64,000 nucleotides of DNA from Heterodontus francisci (taxonomy: Eukaryota), in NCBI RefSeq assembly GCF_036365525.1, contig NC_090372.1, positions 204,762,298 through 204,826,297 of the forward strand, written 5' to 3'. How positions within the stretch are numbered: position 1 is the stretch's first letter; every line of letters begins with the position of its first letter. Of this stretch, positions 25,490-38,300 are shown one piece after another. The notes under the pieces are model-generated. The model was not told the DNA's origin. It ran no database searches and was given only the letters and a program-made list of their open reading frames with translations. Position numbers and translations under genes: made by a program.

Positions 25490-26715
25490 CTGCTTCTCTT
25501 TCCACAGATGCTGCCAGACCTGCTGAGTGGTTCCAGCATTTCTTGTTTTTATTTCAGATTTCCAGCATTCACAGTATTTTGCTTTTATACAAAGGAAGAT
25601 TGTTGTGGTTGTTGGAGGTCAATCATCTCAGCCCCAGGAAATCACTGTAGGAGTTCCTCAGGGTAGTGTTCTAGGCCCAACCATTTGCAGCTGCTTCATT
25701 AATAACTTTCAAAAGGTCAGAAGGGGGATGTTCACTGATGATTACACAATGTTCAACACTATTCACGACTCCTCAGTTACTGAAGCAGTCTGTGTCCAAA
25801 TGCAGCAGGACCTGGATAATATCCAGGCTTGGGCCAATAAGTGGCAAGTAACATTAGTGCCATACAAGTGCCAGGCAATGACCATCTCAAACAATAGAGG
25901 ATCTAACCATTTCCCCTTGATGTTCAATGGCATTACCATCGCTGAATCCCCCACTATCAACATCTTGAGGGTTACCATTGACCAGAAACTGAACTGGACC
26001 AGCCACATAAATACCGTGGCTATAAGAACAGGTCAGAGGCTGGGAATTCTGTGGAGAGTAACTTACCTGCTGTTTCTCCAATGCCTGTCCATCATCTACA
26101 AGGAGTCAGGGGTGTGATGGAATACTGTCCACCTGCCTGGGTGGGTGCAGCTCCAACAACATTCAGGAAGCTTGACACCATCCAGGACAAAGCAACCTGC
26201 TTGATTGGCACTCCATCCACTACCTTAAACATTCACTCCCTTCACCACCGATGCACAGTGGCAGCAGTGTGTATCATCTCCAAACTGCACTGCAGCAACT
26301 CACCAAGGCTCCTTAGACAGCAACTTCCAAACCTGCGAGCTCTGACACCTAGAAGGACAAGGACAGCAGATGCATGGGAACAGCATCACCTGCAAGTTCC
26401 CCACCAAGCCACACACCATCCTGACTTGGAACGATGTCGCCGGTGCTGGGTCAAAATCCTGGAACACCCTTCCGAACAGCACTGTGGGTGTACCTACACC
26501 CTGAGGACTGCAGCGATTCAAGATTCACCACCTTCTCAAAGGCAATTAGGGTTGGGCAATAAATGCTGTCCCAGCCAGCGCCACCCACATACCATGAACG
26601 AATAAAAAAACCTAATCCTCATTGGACAAACATCATTGTTCATTCATTGTTGCTGGCCCTGGAATTCCCTACCGAGCACCATTCTGGGAGGACCATCGCT
26701 GTTTGGATGGCAGCA

Positions 26716-27935
26716 GCTCAAGGAGCCAGTGGATGTGGTTTATTTGGATTTTCAGAAGGCTTTCGATAAAGTCCCACATAAGAGATTAGCGTGCAAAATT
26801 AAAGCGCATGGGATTGGGGGTAGTGTATTGCGATGGATAGAAAATTGGTTGGCAGACAGGAAACAAAGAGTAGGGATAAATGGGTCTTTTTCCGAATGGC
26901 AAGCAGTGACTAGTGGGGTACCTCAGGGATCAGTGCTAGGACCCCAGCTACTCACAATATACATTAATGATTTAGATGAGGGAACTAAATGTCATATCTC
27001 CAAATTTGCAAATGACACAAAACTGGGTGGGAGGGTGAGTTGTGAGGAGGATGCAGAGAGGCTTCAGGGTGATTTGGACAAGTTGTGTGAGTGGGCTAAT
27101 GCATGGCAGATGCAGTATAATGTGGATAAATGTGAGGTTATCCACTTTGGTAGCAAAAACAGGAAGGCAGATTATTATCTGAACGGCTATAAACTGAGAG
27201 AGGGGAATATGCAGCGAGACCTGGACATTCTCGTACACCAGTCGCTGAAAGTAAGCATGCAGGTCCAACAGGCGGTAAAAAAGGCAAATGGTACATTGGC
27301 CTTCATAGCGATAGGATTCGAGTACAGGAGCAGGGAGGTCTTGCTGCAATTATACAGGGCCTTAGTGAGGCCACACCTGGAATACTGTGTGCAGTTTTGG
27401 TCTCCTTATCTGAGGAAGGATGTTCTTGCTATGGAGGGAGTGCAGCGAAGGTTTACCAGACTGATTCCTGGGATGGCGGGACTGACCTATGAGGAGAGAT
27501 TGAGTCGGTTAGGATTATATTCGCTGGAGTTCAGAAGAGTGAGGGGGGATCTCATAGAAACCTATAAAATTCTAACAGGACTTGACAGGGTAGATGCAGG
27601 AAGGATGTTCCCGTTGGTGGGGGAGTCCAGAACCAGGGGTCATAGTCTAAGGATACGGAGTAAACCTTTCAGGACTGAGATGAGGAGAAATTTCTTCACA
27701 CAGAGAGTGGTGAGCCTATGATATTCTCTACAACAGAAAGCAGTTGAGGCCAAAACATTGTATGTTTTCAAGAAGGAGTTAGATATAGCTCTTCGGTCTG
27801 AAGGGATCAAAGGGTATGGGGCGAAAGCGGGAACAGGTTACTGAGTTGGATGATCAGCCATGATCATAATGAATGGCGGAGCAGGCTCTAAGGGCCGAAT
27901 GGCTTACTCCTGCTCCTATTTTCTATGTTTCTATG
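26716..27935 (+). mobile_element. 5'-truncated CR1 inserted in a LINE tail
   Basis: RT frame open from 26716 to 27721, with an FAND substitution and a premature TGA. Tail ttctatgtttctatg. The host tail resumes at 27936. Confidence 0.92.
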
Positions 27936-28064
27936 AACAGATCAACCACCACTTTCTCAGGGCAACTCAGGATGCTCAATAAATGTGGTCCTGCCCATCT
28001 CTCCCAGAGCCCAAGAGCAAATCTTTTTTAAAGTACCAGTTAAGGAACTATATGGGTAAGAAAG

Positions 28065-29056
28065 AAGCCATTGTTTTTGATCCGGACTCCAAACTCCGTT
28101 TCCTAGCTACCGACTCCATCCCTCTCCTGGCAGCAGTCTGAGATTAAGCGTCTGTTCGTAGCCTTGGTGTCACATTTGACCCGAGCTTCCGACCTCATAT
28201 TTGTGCCATCACTAAGGCTGCCTATTTCCACCTCCATAACATCACCCAACCTTGCCCTGTCTCAGCTGATCTGCTGCTGAAACCCTCATTCAAGCTTTTG
28301 TTACCTCTAGACTTGACTATTCCAACGCACTCATAGCTGGTCTCCCATATACTACTGTTAATTTGAGGCCATCCAAAACAGTGCTGCTCGTGTCTTAACT
28401 CACACCAAGTCCCATTTTCCTGTCACCCCTGTGCTTGCTGACCTGCGTTGGCTGCCGATCAAGCAACGTCTTGATTTTAAAATTCGTCCCTCCCTATCTC
28501 TGTAATCTCCTCCAGCCCCACAACCTTCCAAGATATCTGCGCTCCTCTAATTCTGGCCTCTTGTGCATCCCTGATTTTAATCGTTCCACCATTGGTGGCT
28601 GCGCCTTTCGTTGCCCAGGCCCCAAGCTCTGGAATACTCTCCCTACATTTCTCCGCCTCTCCACCTCACTTTCCTCCTTTAAGGCACTCCTTAAAACCTA
28701 CCTCTTTCACCAAGCTTTTGATCATCTCCTTCTGTGGCTCAGTATCATACCTTGTGTTAAAGGTCTGCAAAGGAAACCCGACCGAGCCCGGACCCTGAAG
28801 TGCGACCCGACCCGAAGCCGACACATGTCGTCGGGCCCCGTCGAGGTCAGGTCGGGTAGTAGGCCTGTACCCATGTACTGATGTACAGGCCTCCTACCTA
28901 ACTGGACCCCGATGGGACCTGACGTCATGTGTCGGCTTCGGGTTGGGTCGGGTCGCACTTCCGGGTCTGGCATTCAGGCTCGGTCGGGTTTCCTTTGCAG
29001 GCTCCTGTTTTATTACTTTCAAGGTGCTATATAAATCTAAGTTGTTGTTTTTGTTG
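28065..29056 (+). mobile_element. L2 LINE 3' portion, with its 3' UTR interrupted by a foldback element
   Basis: AFVTSRLDYSN-type coding, GGCAF..PGPKLWN.LP...FK.LLKTYLF, and tail gctatataaat..aagttgttg. Confidence 0.85.
28761..29000. mobile_element. Palindromic MITE/foldback (~240 bp, ~105-bp inverted arms)
   Basis: ctgcaaaggaaacccgaccgagcc...gtaggcctgtac is mirrored by gtacaggcctcc...ggctcggtcgggtttcctttgcag. Repeated cccgac motifs. Confidence 0.85.
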
Positions 29057-29179
29057 CAATGAGCTAAATGGTCTCATTAGGTATTGTAATTTTTATGATT
29101 CTCTGATCCAGGTAGATTGTGGTGTCCACAGAAAATATATCAATCCTTACTATCCTCCCCAGACCAGGCTACATACCTG

Positions 29180-32100
29180 CTGGCCAGGGAAGTGGTACTA
29201 AACAAATTGTTGGAGCTGCGGGCTGACAAGTCCCCGGGTCCTGATAGTCTTCATCCTAGGGTCTTAAAAGAGGTGGCTAGTGAGATAGTTGATGCGTTAG
29301 TTTTAATTTTCCAAAATTCCCTAGATTCGGGGAAGGTTCCATTAGATTGGAAAATAGCAAATGTAACTCCTTTATTCAAAAAGGGAGGGAGACAGAAAGC
29401 AGGAAACTACAGGCCAGTTAGCTTAATATCTGTCTTAGGGAAAATGTTAGACTGTATTATTAAAGACATTATAGCAGGACACTTCAAAAAATTCAAGGCA
29501 ATCAGGCAGAGTCAACATGTTTTTGTGAAAGGGAAATCATGTTTAACCAATTTATTGGAGTTCTTTGAGGGAGTTACATGTGCTGTGGATAAAGGAAAAC
29601 CAGTGGATGTATTGTACTTAGATTTCCAGAAGGCATTTGATAAGGTGACACATCAAAGGTTATTGCGGAAAATAGAAGCTCATGGTGTAGGGGGTAACAT
29701 ATTGGCATGGATAGAATATTGGCTAGCTAACAGGAAAAAGAGAGTAGGCATAAATGGGTCATTTTCTGGTTGTCAAGATATAACGAATAGTGTGCCACAG
29801 GGATCTGTGCTGGGCCTCAACTTTTTACAATTTATATAAATGACTTGGATGAAGGGACCGAAGGTATGGTTGCTAAATTTGTTGATGACACAAAGATAGG
29901 TAGGAAAGTAAGTTGTGACGAGGACATAAGGAGGCTGCAAAGGGATATAGATAAGTTAAGTGAGTGGGCAAAGATCTGGAAAATGGAATATAATGTGGGA
30001 AAGTGTGAAATTGTCTATTTTGGCAGGAAGAATAAAAAAGAAGCATATTATTTAAATGGTAAGAGATTGCAGAGCTCTGAGATGCAGAGGGATCTGGGTG
30101 TCCTAGTGCATGAATCGCAAAAGGTTAGTATGTAGGTACAGCACGTAATTAGGAAAGCAAATAGAATGTTATCATTTATCGCAAGGGGAATTGAATATAA
30201 AAGTAGGAAGGTTATGTTTCAGCTTTACAGGGCATTGGTGAGACCACATAGAGTTATACAGCACAGAAACAGGCCCTTCGGCCCATCATGTCCGTGCCGG
30301 CTATCAAGCACCTTTCTATTCTAATCCCATTTTCCAGCACTTGGCCTATAGCCTTGTATGCTATGGCATTTCAAGTGCTCATCTAAATACTTGTTAAATA
30401 TTGTGAGGGTTCCTGCCTCTACCACCCCTTCAGGCAGTGTGTTCCAGATTCCAACCACACTCAGGGTGAAAAATATTTTCCTCAAATCCCCTCTAAACCT
30501 CCTGCCCCTTACCTTGAATCCATGCTCCCTGGTTATTGACACCTCTGCTAAGGGAAAAAGTTTCTTCCTATCTATCCTATCAATGCCCCTCATAATTTTG
30601 TAGACCTCAATCAGGTCCCTCCTCAGCCTTCTCTGCTCTAAGGAAAACAACCCTAGCCTATCCAGTCTCTCTTCATAGCTGAAATACTCCAGCCCAGGCA
30701 ACATCCTGGTGAATCTCCTTTGCACCCTCTCCAGTGCAATCACATCCTTCCTATAGAGTACACAGTACTCCAGCTGTGGCCTAACTAATGTTTTATACAG
30801 CTCCATCATAACCCAACTTCTCTTATATTCTATGCCTTGGCTAATAAAGGAAAATATCCCATATGCCTTCCTAACTGCCTTATCTACCTGTGCTGCTGCC
30901 TTCAGTGATCTATGGACAAGTACACCAAGGTCCCTCTGACCTTCTGTACTTCCTAGGGTCCTACCATCCATTGTATATTCCCTTGCCTTGTTAGTCCTCC
31001 CAAAATGCATCACCTCACACTTCTCAGGATTAAATTCCATTTGCCACTGCTCCGCCCATCTTACCAGCCCATCCATATCGGCCTGTAATCGAAGGCTTTC
31101 CTCCTCACTATTTACGACACCACCAATTTTTGTGTCATCTGCGAACTTACTGATCATACCTCCTCTTTTCACATCTAAATCATTAATGTACACTACAAAC
31201 AGCAATGGTCCCAGCACTGATGCCTACGATACACCACTGGTCACAGGCTTCCACTCGCAAAAACAACCCTCGACCATCACCCTCTGCCTCCTGCCACTAA
31301 GCCAATTTTGGATCCAATTTGCCAAATTGCCCTGGATCCTATGTGCTCTTACTTTCTTGACCAATCTCCCTTGCGCGACCTTATCAAAAGCCTCACTGAA
31401 GTCCATGTAGACAATATCAACTGCTTTACCCTCATCTACACACCTAGTCACCTCCTTGTAAAATTCAATCAAGTTTGTTAGACACAATCTTCCCCTGACA
31501 AAACCATGCTGTCTATCCCTGATTAATCCCTGCCTCTCCAAGTGGAGATTAATTCTGTCCCTCAGAATTTTTTCCAATAGTTTTCCTACCATTGATGTTA
31601 GACTCACTGGCCTAAAATTACCTGGTTTATGCCTGCTACCCTTCTTGAATAATGGTACCACATTTGCTGTCCTCCAGTCCTCTGGTACTTCTCCTGTGGC
31701 CAGAGAGGATTTGAAAATTTGTGTCAGAGCCCCTGCTATCTCCTCCCTTGCCTCACATAGCAGCCTGGGATACATCTCATCTGAGCCTGGGGATTTATCC
31801 ACTTCTAAGCCTGCTAAAACAGCTTCTTCCCTTTTAATGCTAATTTGTTCAAGTTTCTCACAATCCCCCTCCCTGATCTCTACACCTACATCATCCTTCT
31901 CCATAGTGAACAGAGATGAAAAGTAATCATTTAAAACCACACCTATGTTCTCCAGCTCCACACACAGATTGCCACTTTAGTCCCTAATGGGCCCTACTCT
32001 TTCCCCGGTTATCCTCTTGACCTTAATCTACTTATAAAACGCCTTGGGATTTTCCTTTATCTTGCCCACCAGTGTTTTTTCATGTCCCTGCGTCGTTTTC

Positions 32101-33040
32101 CGAATTACTTTTTAAAGTACCCCCCCTACACTTTCTATACTCCTCTAGGGCCTCCGCTGTTTTCAGCGCTCTGAATCTGCCATAAGCCTCCTTTTTTTTC
32201 CTTATCCAATCCTCTATATCCCTTGACATCCAGGATTTCCTGGACTTGTTGGTCCTACCCTTCACCTTTGCGGGAACATGTTGGCCCTGAAATCTCACTA
32301 TTTCCTTTTTGAATGACTCCCACTGGTCTGATGTAGATTTTCCTACAAGTAGCTGCTCCCAGTCCACTTTGACCAGATCCTGTTTTATTGTATTGAAATT
32401 GACCTTCCCCCAATTCAGTACTTTTATTTCCGGTCCCTCTTTGCCCTTTTCCATGACTATCTTAAATCTCACAGAGCAAGATAAAGTAAGAATCTGGAGT
32501 ACTGTGTACAGTACTGGTCTCCTTATTTAAGAAAGGATGTAAATGCATTGGAGGCAGTTCAGCGAAGGTTTACTAGACTAATACCTGTAATGGGCAGGCT
32601 GTCTTACGATGAAAGATTGGACAGTTAGGCTTGTATCCGTTGGAGTTTAGAAGAGTAAGAGGCGACTTGATTGAAATGTATAAGATCCTGAGAGGTCTTG
32701 ACAGGATGGATGTGGAAAGGATGTTTCTGCTTGTGGGAGAATCTAGAACTAGGGGTCACTGTTTAAAAATAAGTGGCTACTCATTTAAGACAGAGATGAG
32801 GAGAAATATTTTCTCTCAGAGGGTTGTGAGTCTTTGGAACTCTCTTCCTCAAAAGGCAGTGGAAGTAGAGTCTTTGAATATTTTTAAGGCAGAGGTAGAT
32901 AGATTCTTGATAAGCAAAAGGGTGAAAGGTTATCGGGGGTAGGTGGAAATGTGGAGTCATCAGTTCAGCCATGATCATTGAATGGTGGAGCAGGCTCAAG
33001 GGGCCGAGTGGCTCCTAATTTGTATGTATGTATGTATGTT
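29180..33040 (+). mobile_element. CR1 RT and 3' UTR (same subfamily as 8525-14750), split by an antisense CR1
   Basis: ORFs 29117-29839, 29845-30135 and 32631-32942. Junction gagaccacat|...|ctggagtactg. (TATG)n tail. Confidence 0.9.
30249..32472 (-). mobile_element. 5'-truncated CR1 LINE
   Basis: ORFs 32080-32472, 31224-31961 and 30321-31217 (KFADDTK) plus the 3' UTR. Confidence 0.92.
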
Positions 33041-33770
33041 GTGTATATGGCCTGTATCACTGAGAAGGTACATCCCACATATCTGTTTCCTGGTCATCTA
33101 CCTTTCCCCATGGTAAATATAGTGGGGCATTTGTCGGTCTAAGCAAGTTATACACATTTGTATGTGCATCAGGAGAAGTGTGTTACCCCTGCCTTCCTAT
33201 TCCACATGGACTGCAGCAGTTCAAGAAGGGGGCTCACGGGCAATTAGGGATGAGCAACAAATGCTGGTCTTGCCAGTGACGCCCATATCCCATGAAACAA
33301 ATAAAAAAAATCCTCCCTTTGCCTCTCCCCCATACAATTAAAGAGAACCTTTGACCAGTGCACAAACAGGCAGGTCCCAGCTCCCCAGTGGAAACAGGCT
33401 GCATACTGTCGAAACTTCACCCAGACCTAACACGCAAAGTGTGTTTAACGTACAGGCATCTAAACGGTTGGAAGTGAAGGTGATCCCATAACATGCTCAG
33501 TGGTTAGCTCTACTCAATCAGCAGACATATAATTGAATACTTAGCCAACGCTTTTACAGCTGAGTCTCAATCTGAATGCATGGAACAAATTGCGGCAAAT
33601 TGTGAACTGAGGCCATACCACAGTTGGCTGTGGTCTTGCCCTGTACTGGTTACATACAGCAAGAGAATGCAAACCCACCAACCCTACACTAAGGGTACAG
33701 CAAATGAAACTACAGTACATCAGTGTAAAAGTGTTCCCAATCTTTGCTAAACAGACTAGAGTGTGAACAG

Positions 33771-34003
33771 AAACAAAAACAAGAAATGCTGGAATCACTC
33801 AGCAGGTCTGGCAGCATCTGTGGAAAGAGAAGCAGAGTTAAAGTTTCGGGTCAGTGACCGGAACTCAGTTCCGAAGAAGGGTCACTGACCCGAAACGTTA
33901 ACTCTGCTTCTCTTTCCACAGATGCTGCCAGACCTGCTGAGTGATTCCAGCATTTCTTGTTTTTGTTTCAGATTTCCAGCATCTGCAGTATTTTGCTTTG
34001 TTA
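33771..34003 (+). mobile_element. Stand-alone inverted Penelope pseudo-LTR pair (foldback) with 14-bp TSD
   Basis: Arms 33771-33865 and 33867-33968 are near-perfect inverted repeats of the module at 25453-25588. TSD tagagtgtgaacag at 33757-33770 and 34004-34017. Confidence 0.92.
33867..33903 (+). ncRNA. Minimal hammerhead-like motif (CCGAAGA core variant)
   Basis: agtt-CCGAAGA-a-gggtc(act)gaccc-GAAA-cg-TT-aact. Confidence 0.65.
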
Positions 34004-35549
34004 TAGAGTGTGAACAGGTTCAGAACCTCAGTGCAGTAAACCAGAGGACATGAGCAAACCAGCCTCAGATCAATGTGAACACGATCGAGGTGTACTCAAC
34101 TTAGTCGCCAGAGTCAAATGGCTCACAGTGGTATTGGATTCAAATCCCTTTCCATGCTGAGTTTAGTGCCTGACTCTGGGGTCACTGATTAAATGCACAC
34201 CATCAGAACAAGAGGAGCTAGTCTGTTGTATGACACTTATCCAGTTGATAACAGTGACTCTTAAGTAGGGCATCTCAGTGGGATATTTCCACAGCTATAA
34301 TTGTTGTTGTTCTGCACACCCTCACATCACCAATGTTGCACCATTTTAAAAGAGACGGTCTTTGAAACAACCCATTTACCAGGCACGTGAACTTTGCTCT
34401 GCATCATAAGTCACGACCCTTCCTGCTCAGGGGGAGAATCTGAACAACATTGGAAGTTCCAAGGGCGTGATTTATGCACAGAATTTAAACTGAGGTCAAA
34501 TTTGGCCAGATATTAGGCCTGGACTTCCCAGTGCTGTCACTATCAATTAAAATAGAAAGGACATGGTTAAAAAGTTGTTTGGTACACCATTTAACACGAT
34601 GTACATTTATCAGAAATCAGAGCCCTGAAAGTTAAGTCTGAGTCTGATGGAGCCTGATTAAATGTGCATTTGGCTTCAATTTCTGCGTTAGTTTTTCTGC
34701 CAATTCGTATAAGGACATTAATTAAGAACTGAATTTGTTCCCTTTTCCAAGTGCAAATTAGACTGAAGTTGCTGTTTGCTTTGTTCGGGCAGTTTGCTCT
34801 ACTGTTTTAAGCCCTTTCTTGGGGCCTTGCAAGTGTCATCATAAAAAGAAGTGTTTCAATTTCATGCTTGGCCATCACACACGGAGCCTGCAATCCCAAC
34901 TGAGTCCCTTCAGATTCTTCCCTGGGAAAATCGTTGCTGAGGATACAGCACAGATTCGCGAAGAGGAGGTAATTGTACTCAGGCCTGAAAGTGAAATGAA
35001 TGAAAGATTTACAAGATAAAAAGAGCCTGTCAGGAGACAATGACAGACAGAGCCCGCCACGAGATGATGATTCTGCCTTCATTTCCACTCTGCTATCTCG
35101 ATGTCACTTCATGTCCGTGACCTTACTTTTTAATTATACCGGATGTTGAGTTTGAGGCCTAGTGCTCTGCAATTCAGCTAAAGCAAAGAAGAGGTTGAAA
35201 TGATGTCTTTGTTTAGAGGTAACCATTCGGAAACCGCACGTCCAAGGTTTCAGTTTGAATCTGGCGCATATGTCTCTTTACATAGTCAAGCCTGAGTAGA
35301 TCAAAGGGGGATCCTCTGTCCCCTCCGGAGCCAAAGCTTTATCTGAAATATTTAACAGAAATACTGGTACATATTTCCCTCTGTCCGCTGCTGTAAATAT
35401 TCTACCCCTCAACATGCCTTTTGGGACTGGTTTAAGTTTCTACTGGCACTAATTTGTTTTCTGCTGATTCTGTTAAATCAATCGCATTGACTTTGCATTT
35501 ATAAAGTTGAACCACAATTTACAGATGTCTGCCTAGCTTGGACTTCATA

Positions 35550-35902
35550 AATCTTGCATTTATATAACGCCTCCTATGACCTTGAGATATCCCAAAGAGC
35601 TTTACAGCCAATGAAGTACTTTTGAAATCCCTGATTTTAATCACTCCGCCATTGATGGCTGCGCCTGCAGCTGTCTGGATCCTGAGCTCTGGAATCCCCT
35701 CCCTAAACCACTCTGCCTCGCTACTTCCCTTTCCTCCTTTAATATGCACCTTAAAACCTACCGCTTTGACCAAAAACATTTGGTCATCTGCACTAATATC
35801 TCCTTAAAGGACTCAGTGTCAAATTTTGTTTTATAATTCTCCGGTGAAGCGCCTTGAAAGATTTTATTACATTGAATTACATAAATACAAGTTATTGTTG
35901 TT
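35550..35902. mobile_element. SINE tail (minus) abutting an L2 3' end (plus)
   Basis: cttgcatttatataacgcc...aagtacttttgaa followed by an L2 C-terminus and tail ataaatacaagtt.ttgttg. Confidence 0.65.
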
Positions 35903-36484
35903 ACACACAAGGGAATACAAGCCTAGTCTATGTAACCTGTCCTCCTAATATAAGCCTGTTCACCCTTAATGGCCTTTCCTGACTTTTCTCTTTTACGTGT
36001 TTTTGCTCTAAAACTCGGCTTTAAAGTTTCATACGCGACAAAACTGTGAGCTCCAAATATTTCCATCTTATTTTTGGATGAACACTCTGACAGAGTAACA
36101 GCTTGTTACGCTTTATGTGGGAAGGTTTTTTTCTTGCAGCAAAATCTGTCTCCACAATGAATCTTAAACATTTCCTGTTTCTATAGCAAAGGACATGTAT
36201 CATCATGGATAACAGATGCTTACTGATTAACTATGCATTCCCCACCCTCAGTTATGTAATGTAAGAGTCCACCAATATAAATAATTCTTGCAAAAATCCA
36301 TTTTTCATATGGTAGTGTACCCACCTGAAATGGATTGCTGCTGCACTGACCTTCATAAGTCTTAACTAAATAGACCGTGCAACTTGGTAAATAATGACGT
36401 GCCTGTCCCTTTAAGGTACACTTCATTGAAATCACACTAAGCTTCACAGGTCACTGTGATTATTATTATTATTACGTTTGAGAA

Positions 36485-36895
36485 TAAGGATTATTCTCCT
36501 TAGAGCAGAGAAGGTTAAGGTGAGATTTAGTGGAGGCGTTCAAAATTATAAGGAATTTTGATAGCGGAGATAGGGAGAAACTGCTTTCATGAGCAGAAAG
36601 GTTGGTAACCAGAGGACCTGGATTTGAGACAAGTAGCAAAAGAAATGGGGGTGGGGGCAGATGAGGAGATTTTTTTTCTACACAGCGAGTTACTGGAATA
36701 CAATGTCTGAAAAGGTGGTGGAAGCAGATTCAATGGTAACTTTCATAAGGGAATTGGATAAATATTTGAAAAGGAAAGATTTGCAGGGCTATAGGGAAGG
36801 AGCCAGAGAGTGGGACTAATTGGATAGCTCTTTCAAACAGTTAGCATAGACATGATGGGCCAAAAGTCCTCCTTCTGTGCTGATTGATTCCATGA
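36485..36895 (+). mobile_element. CR1 3' remnant
   Basis: ttctccttagagcagagaagg (FSLEQRR) region and 3' UTR. Confidence 0.75.
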
Positions 36896-38064
36896 TATAA
36901 AATGCTTCAGGTCTTTTGACCAGACGACTACCCCAGATCATATGCCTCATTTTCTTGTACAATACAGAATGTCCTTTATTTGATTTGCTCCCATTTGGGC
37001 CGACAGTTAAGTGAAACAGAATATTGTAGCGTGAATATAAAATGATGCATATAAGTCAAAAATTTTATTTTCTGCTCATTTTCTGCCCTCCCTTCAACTC
37101 CTGAAGACATTGCATTCTTAGCTGGTACAGTATCATGAGCTCTGAGCACATTCCAGTACCTCAGCCATGTGGTCAGGTTCATCCCTGATACATGTCAGCC
37201 ATCATAGCCAAACCTAACCCTCACCTCCACGTGTGCACTTCCAGCAAGGGCCCCGTTGCTACAACACAATTAGGAGCACAAGAATGGACCATAGCCATTT
37301 TCTAACCCTTCCTAACATCAGCTCTGAACGCCAATGGTAGTACTCCTCGCTCAGTACAGATCACAGGATGAACCTGAAACTTTCCCCACCGGCATGGCTC
37401 AGCTGCTCACTGGAGAATCAGCCTTCGGTGGAGACCCCGTCAACACAATTTTGAAAGATATTTGAGCCATCGAAGTGAAGGGCCAAGGCTTGTAGATGAC
37501 ACTGTTACCAAGGTTCAGAATGGTAGAAGGGAAAACAGCACAAAGCCAGGAATAATTGATCAGTGATGCCAGTTTTGTGCTTTAGAAGCTTGAGAATTAT
37601 AGGAAGGGAAGACTAAGGGAGCAAAGGAGTTCCACAGTTTGGGATTTTTTGGAATGAATGGGGTAAGAGTTGTTCAGTGAGTCACTTTCACGTGGTGAGG
37701 ATACAAGAAGGAGGAAGAGAGTAAACAATGGTGTATTTGGGGCTTAGGAGGAAGCAAAAAGGAAAGTTCAGAGGAGGAATGACCAAAACGTTATATTGAA
37801 TTTTACAAAACAGACACAGACCATTTGGCCCAACTGGTCCATGTCAGTGTATATGCTCCTTGCAAGTCTCCTCCCTCCCTACATCATCTAACCCCATCAA
37901 TACATCCTTCTATTCCTTTCATCCTCATGTACTTACCTGGCTTCCCCTTAAAAGCATCCATGCTATTCGTTTCAACGACTGCTTGTGGTAACGAGTTCCA
38001 CATTCTAACCGCTCTCTGGTAAAGACTTTACTCTTGAATCCTGTATTGGACTTATTAGTGACTA

Positions 38065-38300
38065 GTCGAAGAGACTTAGTAGTTGGCAGGAAAAAAGACA
38101 GAGGCGCAAGGGGAGAGCCAACTGTGCAACAGCCCCAACAAACAAATTTCTCTGCAGCACCTGTGGAAGAGCCTGTCACTCCAGAATTGGCCTTTATAGC
38201 CACTCCAGGCGCTGCTCCACAAACCACTGACCACCTCCAGGCGCGTATCCATTGTCTCTCGAGATAAGGAGGCCCAAAAGAAAAGAAAGAAAGAAAAGAA
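38065..38300 (+). mobile_element. Very short RTE 3' insertion with 8-bp TSD, inside an old antisense CR1 tail (~37790-38330)
   Basis: Near-identical to 16407-16630. (GAAA)n tail. TSD agtgacta at 38057-38064 and 38301-38308. Confidence 0.93.

Larger units (their letters stand above)
24285..25588 (+). mobile_element. Young 5'-truncated Penelope-like element with 13-bp TSD
   Basis: TSD acaaaggaagatt at 24272-24284 and 25589-25601. ORF ends at 25095, followed by a T-rich 3' region and a hammerhead-bearing terminal module. Confidence 0.93.
23790..26610 (+). mobile_element. Decayed Jockey/CR1-group non-LTR element (exact clade uncertain), split by a PLE
   Basis: [34 protein letters not shown] and HSLHHR.TVAAVC motifs, and the tail ...atgaacgaataaaaaaa. 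Confidence 0.85.
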
